Assembly: GCA_965233585.1 (NCBI GenBank) | Contig: CBDDTI010000295.1 | Span: 32,001-96,000, forward strand | Reading direction: 5' to 3' | Length of the DNA stretch: 64,000 nt | Source: a bacterium | Lineage (GTDB): Bacteria; SAR324; NAC60-12 | Part shown: positions 1-8,502 of the stretch, piece after piece | Position numbering within the stretch: the first letter of the stretch is position 1 | How the letters are laid out: each line of letters begins with the position of its first letter | Position numbers and translations under genes: made by a program | The notes under the pieces: model-generated | What the model was told of the DNA's origin: nothing | The model's database searches: none | The model's input: only the letters and a program-made list of their open reading frames with translations

Positions 1-2199
1 GCAGCAGAACCATCTTCTGACAACCAACCAAAAAGCAAAGCATTCAAACGTTCTGAAATCACCACTTGGGTCATTACTCCCACAAATCCCCAAACTCCTC
101 AAGACTCTCCTGAGTCTGAATCAGGAGGGGGAAAAGACAAACCACCACAAAAGCCAGACAACCCTGACAATCAACCGCCAAGCACACCGCATATACTGAA
201 CATCAGAGATGTTGGTACAGATTACGTCACCATTGACTGGGCAGACTCTATTGATCCTGATGGCGCAATCACAGGTTACGAAGTCTCTTACAAAGCAGGC
301 AATAATGGATTTTGGACAGGGACAAGCACGACAGACAGCACAACTTACACCTTTAACAACTTACAACCTAACACCGCTTACACCTTCCGAGTCCGTGCCA
401 AAGATGATGACGATGCTTGGGGTGATTACATCAACAGTCCTGAAATCAAAACAAAGGCTTTAGGTAGCTCTTCAGGAGGAGGCGGCGGAGGCGCCAACCC
501 ACCACAACAACCTGCCAAACCCTCCAGTTTGTCTATTTCAAACAGAACCTTAACTTTTGCCACTCAATCAGGCAACAGCTATCAATGTAGCAAAGATGGA
601 GGTACAAATGTCAGTGATTGCAGCAGTCCCTTTCCTTTTGGCAACAATGCCATTGCATCAGGCAAACTCTGTGTGCGAGTGAAGGCATCAGGCAATGCTC
701 CTGCATCAGACTGGAGTTGTTACAATCAAGCCATTGCTGCAGCTAACCAAGCACCAAGCAAGCCCAGCACGATTCAAACCAGCAATGTTGGAGCAGACAG
801 CATCACGGTGTCATGGACTGCTGCCACAGATTCAGATGGGAGCATTGCAGGCTATCAAGTCTCTTACAAAGAAGGGAGCAACGGCTGGACAGGAGAACAA
901 ACCACCACCCAAACCACTTACACTTTCAGCAGTTTGCAATCTAACACCAGCTACACTTTCCGAGTGCGTGCCAAGGATGATGACGATGCTTGGAGTGGAT
1001 ACAAAGAAAGTAACCGTTTTGGTTTTAATCTCAAATTTAAAGCGATTTCTAAATCTGGATTGGCAAAATCAGAACCTTCTTTTGCAATAAACGAAGAAGG
1101 GTATTTATTTTCTTGGGGCAATAATAATAAAGGTCAGTTAGGGTTAGGTGATACAGATAAGAGAACTAGACCGACACGTGTGGGTAACAAAACATATCAA
1201 ACTGTTTCTTCTGGAAGCTTTATGGCTTTGGCAATAGATACGAAAGGGCATTTGTTTTCTTGGGGAGAAAATATAGCAGGATCGTTAGGATTAGGTGGCG
1301 AAAGCATTACTTACAAAACAAACAGATTCGGTGAGCAATATGTAACTCAACCTTATCAAATAGGAAGTAGAAAATATCGTCTAATAGAAGCAGCTGGAAT
1401 AAGTTCCTTTGCAATTTCAACAAGTGGTGGATTTTATTCTTGGGGCTATAATGGCACTCTGGGACACCTTGCACTGAGTGATAATAGTAGTGATAATCAT
1501 TATGGAACTCAAACAGGATGTCTATTGAATGGGATTAATTCTAAATCAGACAGCAATCATAAATACTATTTAGATCAACCTCACCTAAGAAACCCTAGTA
1601 AAACAGGAAATCTCACTGCTATATCTGCAAGCATAACAGGTTCTCACGTATTAGCTATAAGCAGCAATGGCACTATTTCTTGGGGATTTGGCTGGTTTGG
1701 CTTACTTGAAGATTCTACTACATCAGTACTGTCTAGCGATCAAGAGGGACGTCCTTGTGTTGGTTATCACATCAGCGTCGGTAATACAAAGTATCAAAAT
1801 GTTGCAGCAGCTAAATGGGTATCTTTTGGAATTGATAGTCAGGGTCATCTTTATAGTTGGGGAAGACCTGGTGCCAGACTTGGTAGGTCTGTTCCCAGTT
1901 CTCAGATAATTATGTTGCCATTTAACAAAAATAGTAAGTTAGCCTCTACAAAAAGAGGTCGGATAGGAAATAGAAAATACAAAACGATAACAGCGTACTA
2001 CGAAAGTGCTTTTGCTTTAGATGAAAATGGTCATTTGTTTGCTTGGGGAGGCTTTAATGGCAAAAGTACACCAACACAACTGGGTAATGAAAAATACAAA
2101 AAAATTAGCAACGGATTAGGCATTGATGAAAACGGCTTCCTTTGGCAATGGAACAAGGAATATCCTACTCCTAAACCAGTGAGACTTGTGCAATATTGA
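1..2199 (+). CDS. 5'-truncated surface protein: Pro/Ser-rich linker, two FN3 domains and a C-terminal RCC1/BLIP-II-like beta-propeller
   Basis: Frame 1 is open from base 1 (AAEPSSDNQPKSK...) into the 529..2199 ORF. Both FN3 domains end in YTFRVRAKDDDDAW. Repeated AIDxxGHLFSWGxNxxGxLG motifs are RCC1-type. Confidence 0.8.
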   Translation, partial: AAEPSSDNQPKSKAFKRSEITTWVITPTNPQTPQDSPESESGGGKDKPPQKPDNPDNQPPSTPHILNIRDVGTDYVTIDWADSIDPDGAITGYEVSYKAGNNGFWTGTSTTDSTTYTFNNLQPNTAYTFRVRAKDDDDAWGDYINSPEIKTKALGSSSGGGGGGANPPQQPAKPSSLSISNRTLTFATQSGNSYQCSKDGGTNVSDCSSPFPFGNNAIASGKLCVRVKASGNAPASDWSCYNQAIAAANQAPSKPSTIQTSNVGADSITVSWTAATDSDGSIAGYQVSYKEGSNGWTGEQTTTQTTYTFSSLQSNTSYTFRVRAKDDDDAWSGYKESNRFGFNLKFKAISKSGLAKSEPSFAINEEGYLFSWGNNNKGQLGLGDTDKRTRPTRVGNKTYQTVSSGSFMALAIDTKGHLFSWGENIAGSLGLGGESITYKTNRFGEQYVTQPYQIGSRKYRLIEAAGISSFAISTSGGFYSWGYNGTLGHLALSDNSSDNHYGTQTGCLLNGINSKSDSNHKYYLDQPHLRNPSKTGNLTAISASITGSHVLAISSNGTISWGFGWFGLLEDSTTSVLSSDQEGRPCVGYHISVGNTKYQNVAAAKWVSFGIDSQGHLYSWGRPGARLGRSVPSSQIIMLPFNKNSKLASTKRGRIGNRKYKTITAYYESAFALDENGHLFAWGGFNGKSTPTQLGNEKYKKISNGLGIDENGFLWQWNKEYPTPKPVRLVQY

Positions 2200-2304
2200 T
2201 AAAACCTCACAGTCAATGGCATTTGCATCATTCAAAAAACTCCCATGCGTGTTCCCATTTTTAAGTAGAAAAATCTCTGACCCTGTGTTCATTCATTTGC
2301 AATG

Positions 2305-2798
2305 GATTCCTCATCAAGCACAGAATGACAACTATTGTCATTCGGAGCGAAAGAACGTCACCCCCTGTGAAAACAGGGGCAGGAATCCAGTCACGTTAGG
2401 AATCTGTGCTTGGTTTGGTGATAGATTCCGCATCAAGTTCAGAATGACAAAGAACGTCTTCACCTTGAAAACCGTCATTGCGGGCTTGATACGCAATCTT
2501 CTTTGTCTTGCGTGTCTTGGTCATCTGTGGGCTTGCCCCGCAATCTCTTTTTTCCTAACTACCCCCGTCATTGCTCACCTTGACCCGCAATCTCTCTTTT
2601 TTCTTTGCTTTCCTCTTCCCAATAACTCCATTTTTTGAGATTCCGCATCAAGTGCGGAATGACTGAGAATATCTTCATTTTTCCTAACTACCCCCGTCAT
2701 TGCTCACCTTGACCCGCAATCTCATTCTTCTTAAAACACAGGACAAACACTCGGGTTTGTCTCTACGCTGTCATCTGTGGGCTTGACCCGCAATCTCT
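2305..2798. repeat. Cluster of about 9 short palindromic repeats (GTCATTGCGGGCTTGACCCGCAATC-like, both orientations; REP/RPE/dRS3-like)
   Basis: Forward copies at about 2472, 2520, 2563, 2692 and 2770. Reverse copies GATTCC(G/T)CATCAAG...GAATGAC at about 2305, 2423 and 2637. A related GTCACCCCCTG-TGAAAA-CAGGGG hairpin lies at about 2357. Confidence 0.8.
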
Positions 2799-2915
2799 CT
2801 TTTTTCCCAGACTACTCCGTCAGGCTTTGTTTTTTCGTTATGGCTCGCCTTCAACTCTGATAGAAGCGATCCCCAAAGATACGATGCTTTAAAAAGGGAG
2901 AACTTCCTAAAATGA

Positions 2916-2943
2916 TTGACAACTTGGGGGCAGTCGTTATACT
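2916..2943 (+). promoter_or_regulatory. sigma70-type promoter for gltA
   Basis: TTGACA-N16-TATACT upstream of an AAGGAG RBS and the ATG at 3003. Confidence 0.6.
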
Positions 2944-3002
2944 CTTTTGCTTTTCAAGAATGATGGTTTATTGAGCAGTATTATTTAGAATAAAGGAGTC
3001 TT

Positions 3003-4292
3003 ATGTCTAAGCAAGCAACACTTCAGCTGCCGTCTGGCAAGTCTATTGAACTTCCTGTTGTGGAAGGAACAGAGTCGGATCGTGCTGTGGATATTAGTCG
3101 GTTACGTGCCAGCACGGGATTTACAACTTTTGACCCGGGCTTTGGCAACACAGCAGGTTTTAAGAGTGAAATCACCTATTTAGATGGTGAGAAAGGAATT
3201 TTACGTTACCGCGGAATCCCCATTCAACAACTTGCAGAAAATGCAGATTTTTTGGAGGTATCGTATCTTTTGCTTTATGGAAGTTTGCCCTCAAAAGCGA
3301 CTTTGCAAGAGTTTTCAAGTCAGATAGAAAAAAGTAATTTTTTGCCTGAAGACATTTATAACTTTGTTCAAAATTCTCCCAGTGCGGCACACCCTGTTGC
3401 CAACTTAGCTTCTGCGACGGTCTCTCTTTCTGCTCATTATGCCAAAGTTTCAGGAGAGGCAGCAGTTGAAAAATTTGGGTCAAATGTAATTCAGATGCTT
3501 GCAAAAATCCGTGTGCTTGCTGCATACGCTTATCGTAAATCTGTGGGGCAACCTTTGCTACCACCTGAAGAAGGGCAGTCATATTGTGGGAATTTTTTAA
3601 AAATGATGTTTGCGGCGCCGGGACAGGATTATCAAGTGCAACCTGTTGTTGAAAAAGCCTTGAATCTTCTGCTGATTTTGCACGCAGACCATGAACAGAA
3701 TTGCAGTACTTCTACTGTACGGACAGTGGGTAGTGGCATGGCTAATTTTTATGCTTCTATTGCGGCGGGAATCTTGGCACTTTGGGGACCTTTGCATGGT
3801 GGAGCAAATCAGCAGGTGATTGAGATGTTGCAGCGCATTCGTGAAGAAGGGGGAGACATCAAACGTTTTATAGAGATGGCTAAGGACAAAAGCAATCCGT
3901 TTCGTTTGATGGGTTTTGGGCATCGTGTTTACAAAAATTACGACCCACGTGCTGCCATTGTCAAAAAATCATGCGACTCTGTGCTAGAGCAACTGGGGGT
4001 CAATGATCCTTTGCTAGATATTGCCAAAGAGTTGGAACATGTGGCTCTGAATGATTCTTATTTTCAAGACCGCAAACTCTATCCCAATGTTGACTTTTAT
4101 AGTGGTGTGATTTACCGAGCGGTTGGCATTCCAACCAATATGCTGACAGTCATGTTTGCACTGGGAAGGCTACCGGGTTGGGCGGCTCAATGGTATGAAT
4201 TAATGAATGACCCCGAAAAAAGAATCATCAGACCCCGACAAATCTATACTGGGGAGCAGGAACGTGGGTATGTTGCTGATGACCTGCGTTGA
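3003..4292 (+). CDS. gltA: Citrate synthase
   Basis: ILHADHEQNCST, WGPLHGGAN, GFGHRVYKNYDPRA and YPNVDFYSG motifs. Confidence 0.97.
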   Translation: MSKQATLQLPSGKSIELPVVEGTESDRAVDISRLRASTGFTTFDPGFGNTAGFKSEITYLDGEKGILRYRGIPIQQLAENADFLEVSYLLLYGSLPSKATLQEFSSQIEKSNFLPEDIYNFVQNSPSAAHPVANLASATVSLSAHYAKVSGEAAVEKFGSNVIQMLAKIRVLAAYAYRKSVGQPLLPPEEGQSYCGNFLKMMFAAPGQDYQVQPVVEKALNLLLILHADHEQNCSTSTVRTVGSGMANFYASIAAGILALWGPLHGGANQQVIEMLQRIREEGGDIKRFIEMAKDKSNPFRLMGFGHRVYKNYDPRAAIVKKSCDSVLEQLGVNDPLLDIAKELEHVALNDSYFQDRKLYPNVDFYSGVIYRAVGIPTNMLTVMFALGRLPGWAAQWYELMNDPEKRIIRPRQIYTGEQERGYVADDLR

Positions 4293-4352
4293 TTCCTTAC
4301 AACCTTAATCAAAGGCAATTTAAGAGACCATGCTGTCACATTGCTTGCAAAC

Positions 4353-5123
4353 ATGAATTTAGAACACTACATCAAGAAACGTCAAGAACACAAGTCAACG
4401 TTGCTGATGACTCATTTGGTGGTTGGGTATCCTTCGCTTGAGGCGAACTATCAGATGTTGGAGGCGATGGAACAAGCAGGGGTTGACCTTGTTGAGCTTC
4501 AAATGCCTTTTAGTGAACCGATTGCTGATGGTCCTTTATTTGTGCATGCCAATCAACAAGCATTGGAACAAGGGGTAACGTTCCAAAAGTATCTGCAATT
4601 TGCCAAAGAAGTGACGCAGAAATATCGCTTTCCTGCACTGATGATGGGCTACCTCAACACAGCTTTTCAACAGGGGTACCATCAATTTTGCAAACAGTTG
4701 CAAGACGTTGGTTTGGCAGGATTTATCCTTGCTGACCTGCCTGTTGAAGAAGGAGCAGAGTTGTTCCAATCTTGTGCAGAATTTGAGCTTTCTCCTATTT
4801 TGATTTGCACACCAACCAATACAACTGCTCGCCTGCAAGAGATTGTTCAACAAGCCAAAGGATTCCTTTATTGTGTGGCAAGAAAAGGAGTGACAGGTCA
4901 AAAAACAGACCTTGATGAGGAGACATTTTTGCTTTTGGAACGTTGCCGAGAAAGGTCATCTATTCCTCTGGGATTGGGGTTTGGCATTTCTTCTTCAGAA
5001 CAAGTGAAGGCATTGCAGGGCAAAGCAGATTTGCTGATTGTTGGTTCTGCGTTGTTGCGTGCTTGGCAAGAAGGAGGTTTACATCAATATCAAAAACAAC
5101 TTCAAAAACTTTCTGTGAAATGA
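4353..5123 (+). CDS. trpA: Tryptophan synthase alpha subunit (no adjacent trpB)
   Basis: VELQMPFSEPIADGP, ARKGVTG, GFGIS and IVGSAL motifs. ATG 4353 preferred over TTG 4341. Confidence 0.9.
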   Translation: MNLEHYIKKRQEHKSTLLMTHLVVGYPSLEANYQMLEAMEQAGVDLVELQMPFSEPIADGPLFVHANQQALEQGVTFQKYLQFAKEVTQKYRFPALMMGYLNTAFQQGYHQFCKQLQDVGLAGFILADLPVEEGAELFQSCAEFELSPILICTPTNTTARLQEIVQQAKGFLYCVARKGVTGQKTDLDEETFLLLERCRERSSIPLGLGFGISSSEQVKALQGKADLLIVGSALLRAWQEGGLHQYQKQLQKLSVK

Positions 5124-5186
5124 GGCTTTCAAGGAGTTTTGAAGGGTCATAAGTTTCTTAAAATCAACCTAAACAAGATTGAAACC

Positions 5187-5780
5187 ATGCGTTCTATTTT
5201 CCTTATTTTCGTTGCTTTGTTTGCTTATTCTCATTCGCTTTTTGCTGTGGATATTCTGACCCCTGGTGAGATTCGGAATCAACTGCTTTCTCGGGATAAA
5301 ACGTCCAAAGTGCCATCATTTGAGGGTCGGATCACCCGCATCACAGATTCTGAAAGCGTTTGGGTGCATATCAGCTCAAAACCACTCTTTAGCAAATGGA
5401 CTTACAAGTTGTCCCGTGCCTCGCTTGATGTAGATCGTCAAGAAATCAAAGTCTGGCTTGACTATGTTTCGCCTGCTCGTTCTATCAGTCGTGGCAAAAA
5501 ATACAATGATTGGTTTAAGAAAAAAGTGGCTTATGAGATGGCACAGAAGTTTCAAAATCAAAAGGTTCGTGTACAATACAGAATCATCTCACATGCTTAC
5601 CGCATGAAAGGCATGGTTTGGAGTTCAGAAGAATCTGTCAATTTGTGGCTTGTGGAGAATGGTTGGTCGTTCTATCTATTGCCCCAAGACTCTAAACAGA
5701 GGCGATTTCACAATGAGTTGGTCACTGCAGAACAAAAAGCCCAGAGAGCAAAAGTAGGACTTTGGAAAGGAGCAGAATAA
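5187..5780 (+). CDS. Secreted thermonuclease (SNase)-fold protein, catalytic motifs divergent
   Basis: Signal peptide MRSIFLIFVALFAYSHSLFA. C-terminal VNLWLVENGWS...AEQKAQRAKVGLW is typical of the SNase family. Confidence 0.7.
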   Translation: MRSIFLIFVALFAYSHSLFAVDILTPGEIRNQLLSRDKTSKVPSFEGRITRITDSESVWVHISSKPLFSKWTYKLSRASLDVDRQEIKVWLDYVSPARSISRGKKYNDWFKKKVAYEMAQKFQNQKVRVQYRIISHAYRMKGMVWSSEESVNLWLVENGWSFYLLPQDSKQRRFHNELVTAEQKAQRAKVGLWKGAE

Positions 5781-5785
5781 ACTTG

Positions 5786-6478
5786 ATGCTTGAACAGAAA
5801 CAGCTTGATGAGGCGTTCCAAAAACTTTCTCAAGACGTTGCTTCTTATTCCAAACGTTTTCATTCGCAAGAAGTCAAGGTGATTGCAGTCAGCAAGACAA
5901 TGCCTGCTTCTATGGTCAACATGGCAGTTAAGGCAGGTTTTAGACGATTTGGAGAAAATAGAGTACAAGAGGCGTTGGAAAAAATACCACAGGTTCAAGG
6001 AAACGATTTGGAGTGGCATTTGATTGGTTCATTGCAAACCAACAAAGCAAGGTTTTGTCCTCAACACTTCCAATGGCTTCATTCTTTGGATTCCATCAAA
6101 CTTGCAAAGCGACTGAATCAACACTTTGCAGATGCTAACCAGACTCTCAACGTCTTAATTCAAGTCAATGTTTCTCAAGAAGACTCTAAACATGGACTTG
6201 ATTCGTGGGAAGAGGTTTTGCAATTATCAGAATTTTTACAAGAATGCCCTGCCTTAAAACTAAAAGGTTTAATGGGGATTGCAGGATTACATGATGACGA
6301 AAAAGGAGTGAGACAATCCTTTTCAAAACTTTATCAATGGCAAAATCAGTTGCAAAGTGTGGTCTCATCATGCACAGAGCTTTCTATGGGCATGAGCCAT
6401 GATTATCTTTGGGCATTGGAAGAAGGAGCGACCATGGTACGCATTGGGTCAGCCATTTTTGGCAGACGTTCCCCATGA
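5786..6478 (+). CDS. yggS: YggS-family pyridoxal phosphate homeostasis protein
   Basis: IAVSKT, FGENRVQE, WHLIGSLQTNK, LSMGMS and VRIGSAIFG motifs. Confidence 0.95.
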   Translation: MLEQKQLDEAFQKLSQDVASYSKRFHSQEVKVIAVSKTMPASMVNMAVKAGFRRFGENRVQEALEKIPQVQGNDLEWHLIGSLQTNKARFCPQHFQWLHSLDSIKLAKRLNQHFADANQTLNVLIQVNVSQEDSKHGLDSWEEVLQLSEFLQECPALKLKGLMGIAGLHDDEKGVRQSFSKLYQWQNQLQSVVSSCTELSMGMSHDYLWALEEGATMVRIGSAIFGRRSP

Positions 6479-7215
6479 AAATCGGAATCCTTGGGTTTAG
6501 ATCATTTGTTCAATCTCTTTTGCAGGATTCACCAGCTGAACTTGAAGTCTGGATTTATCCAGAACATCAACAAGCCCATGAGATGACATTGCCCCCAAAT
6601 TGGCATGTTGAATACTCGCTAGAACATTTGTTCCAAGAAGTCAATTTGATTTTTATTGATCTTTCATGGAATGAATTTTCCTTGCTTGCAAACCAAATCC
6701 GCACCCTCATTGCAGACCGACACGTTTTGGTCTCTTTGAACAAGGGTTTTTCATTGAAAAAACTTGACCAGCTACTGAATGAACGCAAACAAATCTTGAT
6801 GACGAAAAGCCCCCTTGCCAACTTGTCTCAATGTCCTGTGGTTCTTTTGTTTGGGGACTCTGTGGAATCCCAAGAAAAGGGAGCATTGATGCAACTTTTC
6901 CCCAAAACAACAGAAAGCCAGACAGAAGAAGAATTTCAAATTTTGCGTGGCATTGTGGAACAAGCTCCTTTTTTGGTTGCCACAGTTTTAGATGCGTTGT
7001 GCGATGGGGCGTGGGTCAATGGGGTTTCAAGGCAACAGGCTTTCCAGTTGGCATGGCAAAGCGTTCAAGGTTTTCTGGGCAGCACTTCACAACCGTTCCC
7101 TCTTCAAAAGATGATGAATCAGCACAGGCTTTCTTCTTCTTGTACTTTAACTTTAGAAAAACATAATTTCCGCTATGCAATCATTGATGCACTTCAACAG
7201 GTCAAACAGCCATGA
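6475..7215 (+). CDS. Divergent pyrroline-5-carboxylate reductase (ProC)-like protein
   Basis: MKIGILG start, LDALCDGAWVNGVSRQQA dimerisation-domain-like segment and LEKHNFRYAIIDAL C-terminus. Sits in the canonical yggS-proC-yggT position with ATGA overlaps. Confidence 0.6.
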   Translation: MKIGILGFRSFVQSLLQDSPAELEVWIYPEHQQAHEMTLPPNWHVEYSLEHLFQEVNLIFIDLSWNEFSLLANQIRTLIADRHVLVSLNKGFSLKKLDQLLNERKQILMTKSPLANLSQCPVVLLFGDSVESQEKGALMQLFPKTTESQTEEEFQILRGIVEQAPFLVATVLDALCDGAWVNGVSRQQAFQLAWQSVQGFLGSTSQPFPLQKMMNQHRLSSSCTLTLEKHNFRYAIIDALQQVKQP

Positions 7216-7472
7216 CTTTACATGACTTGACCTACTTTTTAATTGAGGCACTTAATATCTATTCCTATCTACTTATCTTGAGAGTGTTGATGTCATGGAT
7301 TCCTGTTGATCCGTCTTCGTGGTTAGTGCAAACTTTAATCAAGATAACAGAGGTTGTCCTTGCTCCGTTAAGACGTTCCATTCCTCCTGTTTATGGGATA
7401 GATTTATCAACGATGGCAGCACTTTTAGGTATCTACTTAATCAAATATCTCCTACTGAGGTCTCTTGCTTAA
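7212..7472 (+). CDS. yggT: YggT-family membrane protein
   Basis: IYSYLLILRVLMSWI...ITEVVLAPLRRSIPPVYGIDLS pattern. Confidence 0.9.
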   Translation: MTLHDLTYFLIEALNIYSYLLILRVLMSWIPVDPSSWLVQTLIKITEVVLAPLRRSIPPVYGIDLSTMAALLGIYLIKYLLLRSLA

Positions 7473-8502
7473 AAAATTGACACTCATCGTACTTTGGAAA
7501 GTGTGGTTAAGTTCTGCCTATGCAGGTTCTGTCATTGTGATTGCTGATGTGCTAAACGTCAGAAGTGAACCTAAAGGCAGGAGGATTGCCAGAGTTTTAG
7601 AGGGGCAACAATTTCAGATGTTCCAGACTCAGCAAGGGTGGGGTCAGATTCTTTTTAGAAAAGGAGAAAAAGGGTGGATTCATCTGGATTATGTCAAGCC
7701 ATTTATTCCCAACTCGCCATCTATTCTCTTAGACCAATTTTGTCAGCAAATCAATCGTGAATTTTCAAAGTTGGCACAGAAAGAAACCCAATGCCTTGCA
7801 GAAGATTGGACGGCAACACACTATTCAGCACAGGGCAGACCACTCCTTTACACAGTGCTAGGGACAGAAGGGCAAGTCTCCTTATTGTTGTGTAGTGTGC
7901 ATTCTGATGAAAACACGACTTATCATTGTTTCCGTCTAAGGCAATGGCTCAAAGAGAGAGAAGACCTGATTAAAAGACGCTTGGTGATCATGCCCTTGGT
8001 CAATCCTGATGGTTATTTTCACTCCCCTAAAACCCGTCAAAACGGGAGAGGGGTTGACCTCAATCGGAATTTACCGACGGCTCGCTGGGTTCAATTAGCT
8101 TACAAAACTTGGAGAAAGAAAGGTTCATCAAAAAGACGTTACCCGGGAAGACGCTCAAACTCCGAGCCTGAAAATCAGTTTTTGATTGATTTAATCCAGA
8201 AGTATCAGCCTGATCGGATTATTTCATTGCATTCTCCCCTACATTTTATTGACCTAGATTACTCATCAAACAATCGTTCTGTCTTGAAAAAAGCCAAATT
8301 GCTGGCATGGACATTTTCAAAAGATAGTCATTTTAAATTTCTTGATTACAGAACCTTTCCGGGGAGCCTTGGACGCTATGCGTCAGAATGGGAGATTCCT
8401 GTTTACACTGTGGAGTTACCCTCTGCCACTTCTAAAAATCAGCAAGGCTACTTCCAGCAAATCCACCAAAGTATGCTAAAACTGCTCAATGATTCTTTGT
8501 GA
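7465..8502 (+). CDS. Secreted SH3b + M14 zinc carboxypeptidase (MpaA-like murein peptide amidase)
   Basis: LNVRSEP...GWIHLDYV SH3b domain. HSDE, NPDG, RQNGRGVDLNRN, ISLHS and TVELP M14 motifs. Confidence 0.85.
   Translation: MLKKLTLIVLWKVWLSSAYAGSVIVIADVLNVRSEPKGRRIARVLEGQQFQMFQTQQGWGQILFRKGEKGWIHLDYVKPFIPNSPSILLDQFCQQINREFSKLAQKETQCLAEDWTATHYSAQGRPLLYTVLGTEGQVSLLLCSVHSDENTTYHCFRLRQWLKEREDLIKRRLVIMPLVNPDGYFHSPKTRQNGRGVDLNRNLPTARWVQLAYKTWRKKGSSKRRYPGRRSNSEPENQFLIDLIQKYQPDRIISLHSPLHFIDLDYSSNNRSVLKKAKLLAWTFSKDSHFKFLDYRTFPGSLGRYASEWEIPVYTVELPSATSKNQQGYFQQIHQSMLKLLNDSL

Noticed and set aside
2186..2638. 150-aa ORF
   Set aside because: It is a translation of the palindromic repeat cluster (VIAGLIRNL, VIAHLDPQS), overlaps the previous gene and shows no protein family features.
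2305..2798. CRISPR array
   Set aside because: Repeats are degenerate, occur in both orientations, are irregularly spaced and have duplicated low-complexity spacers; no cas genes.
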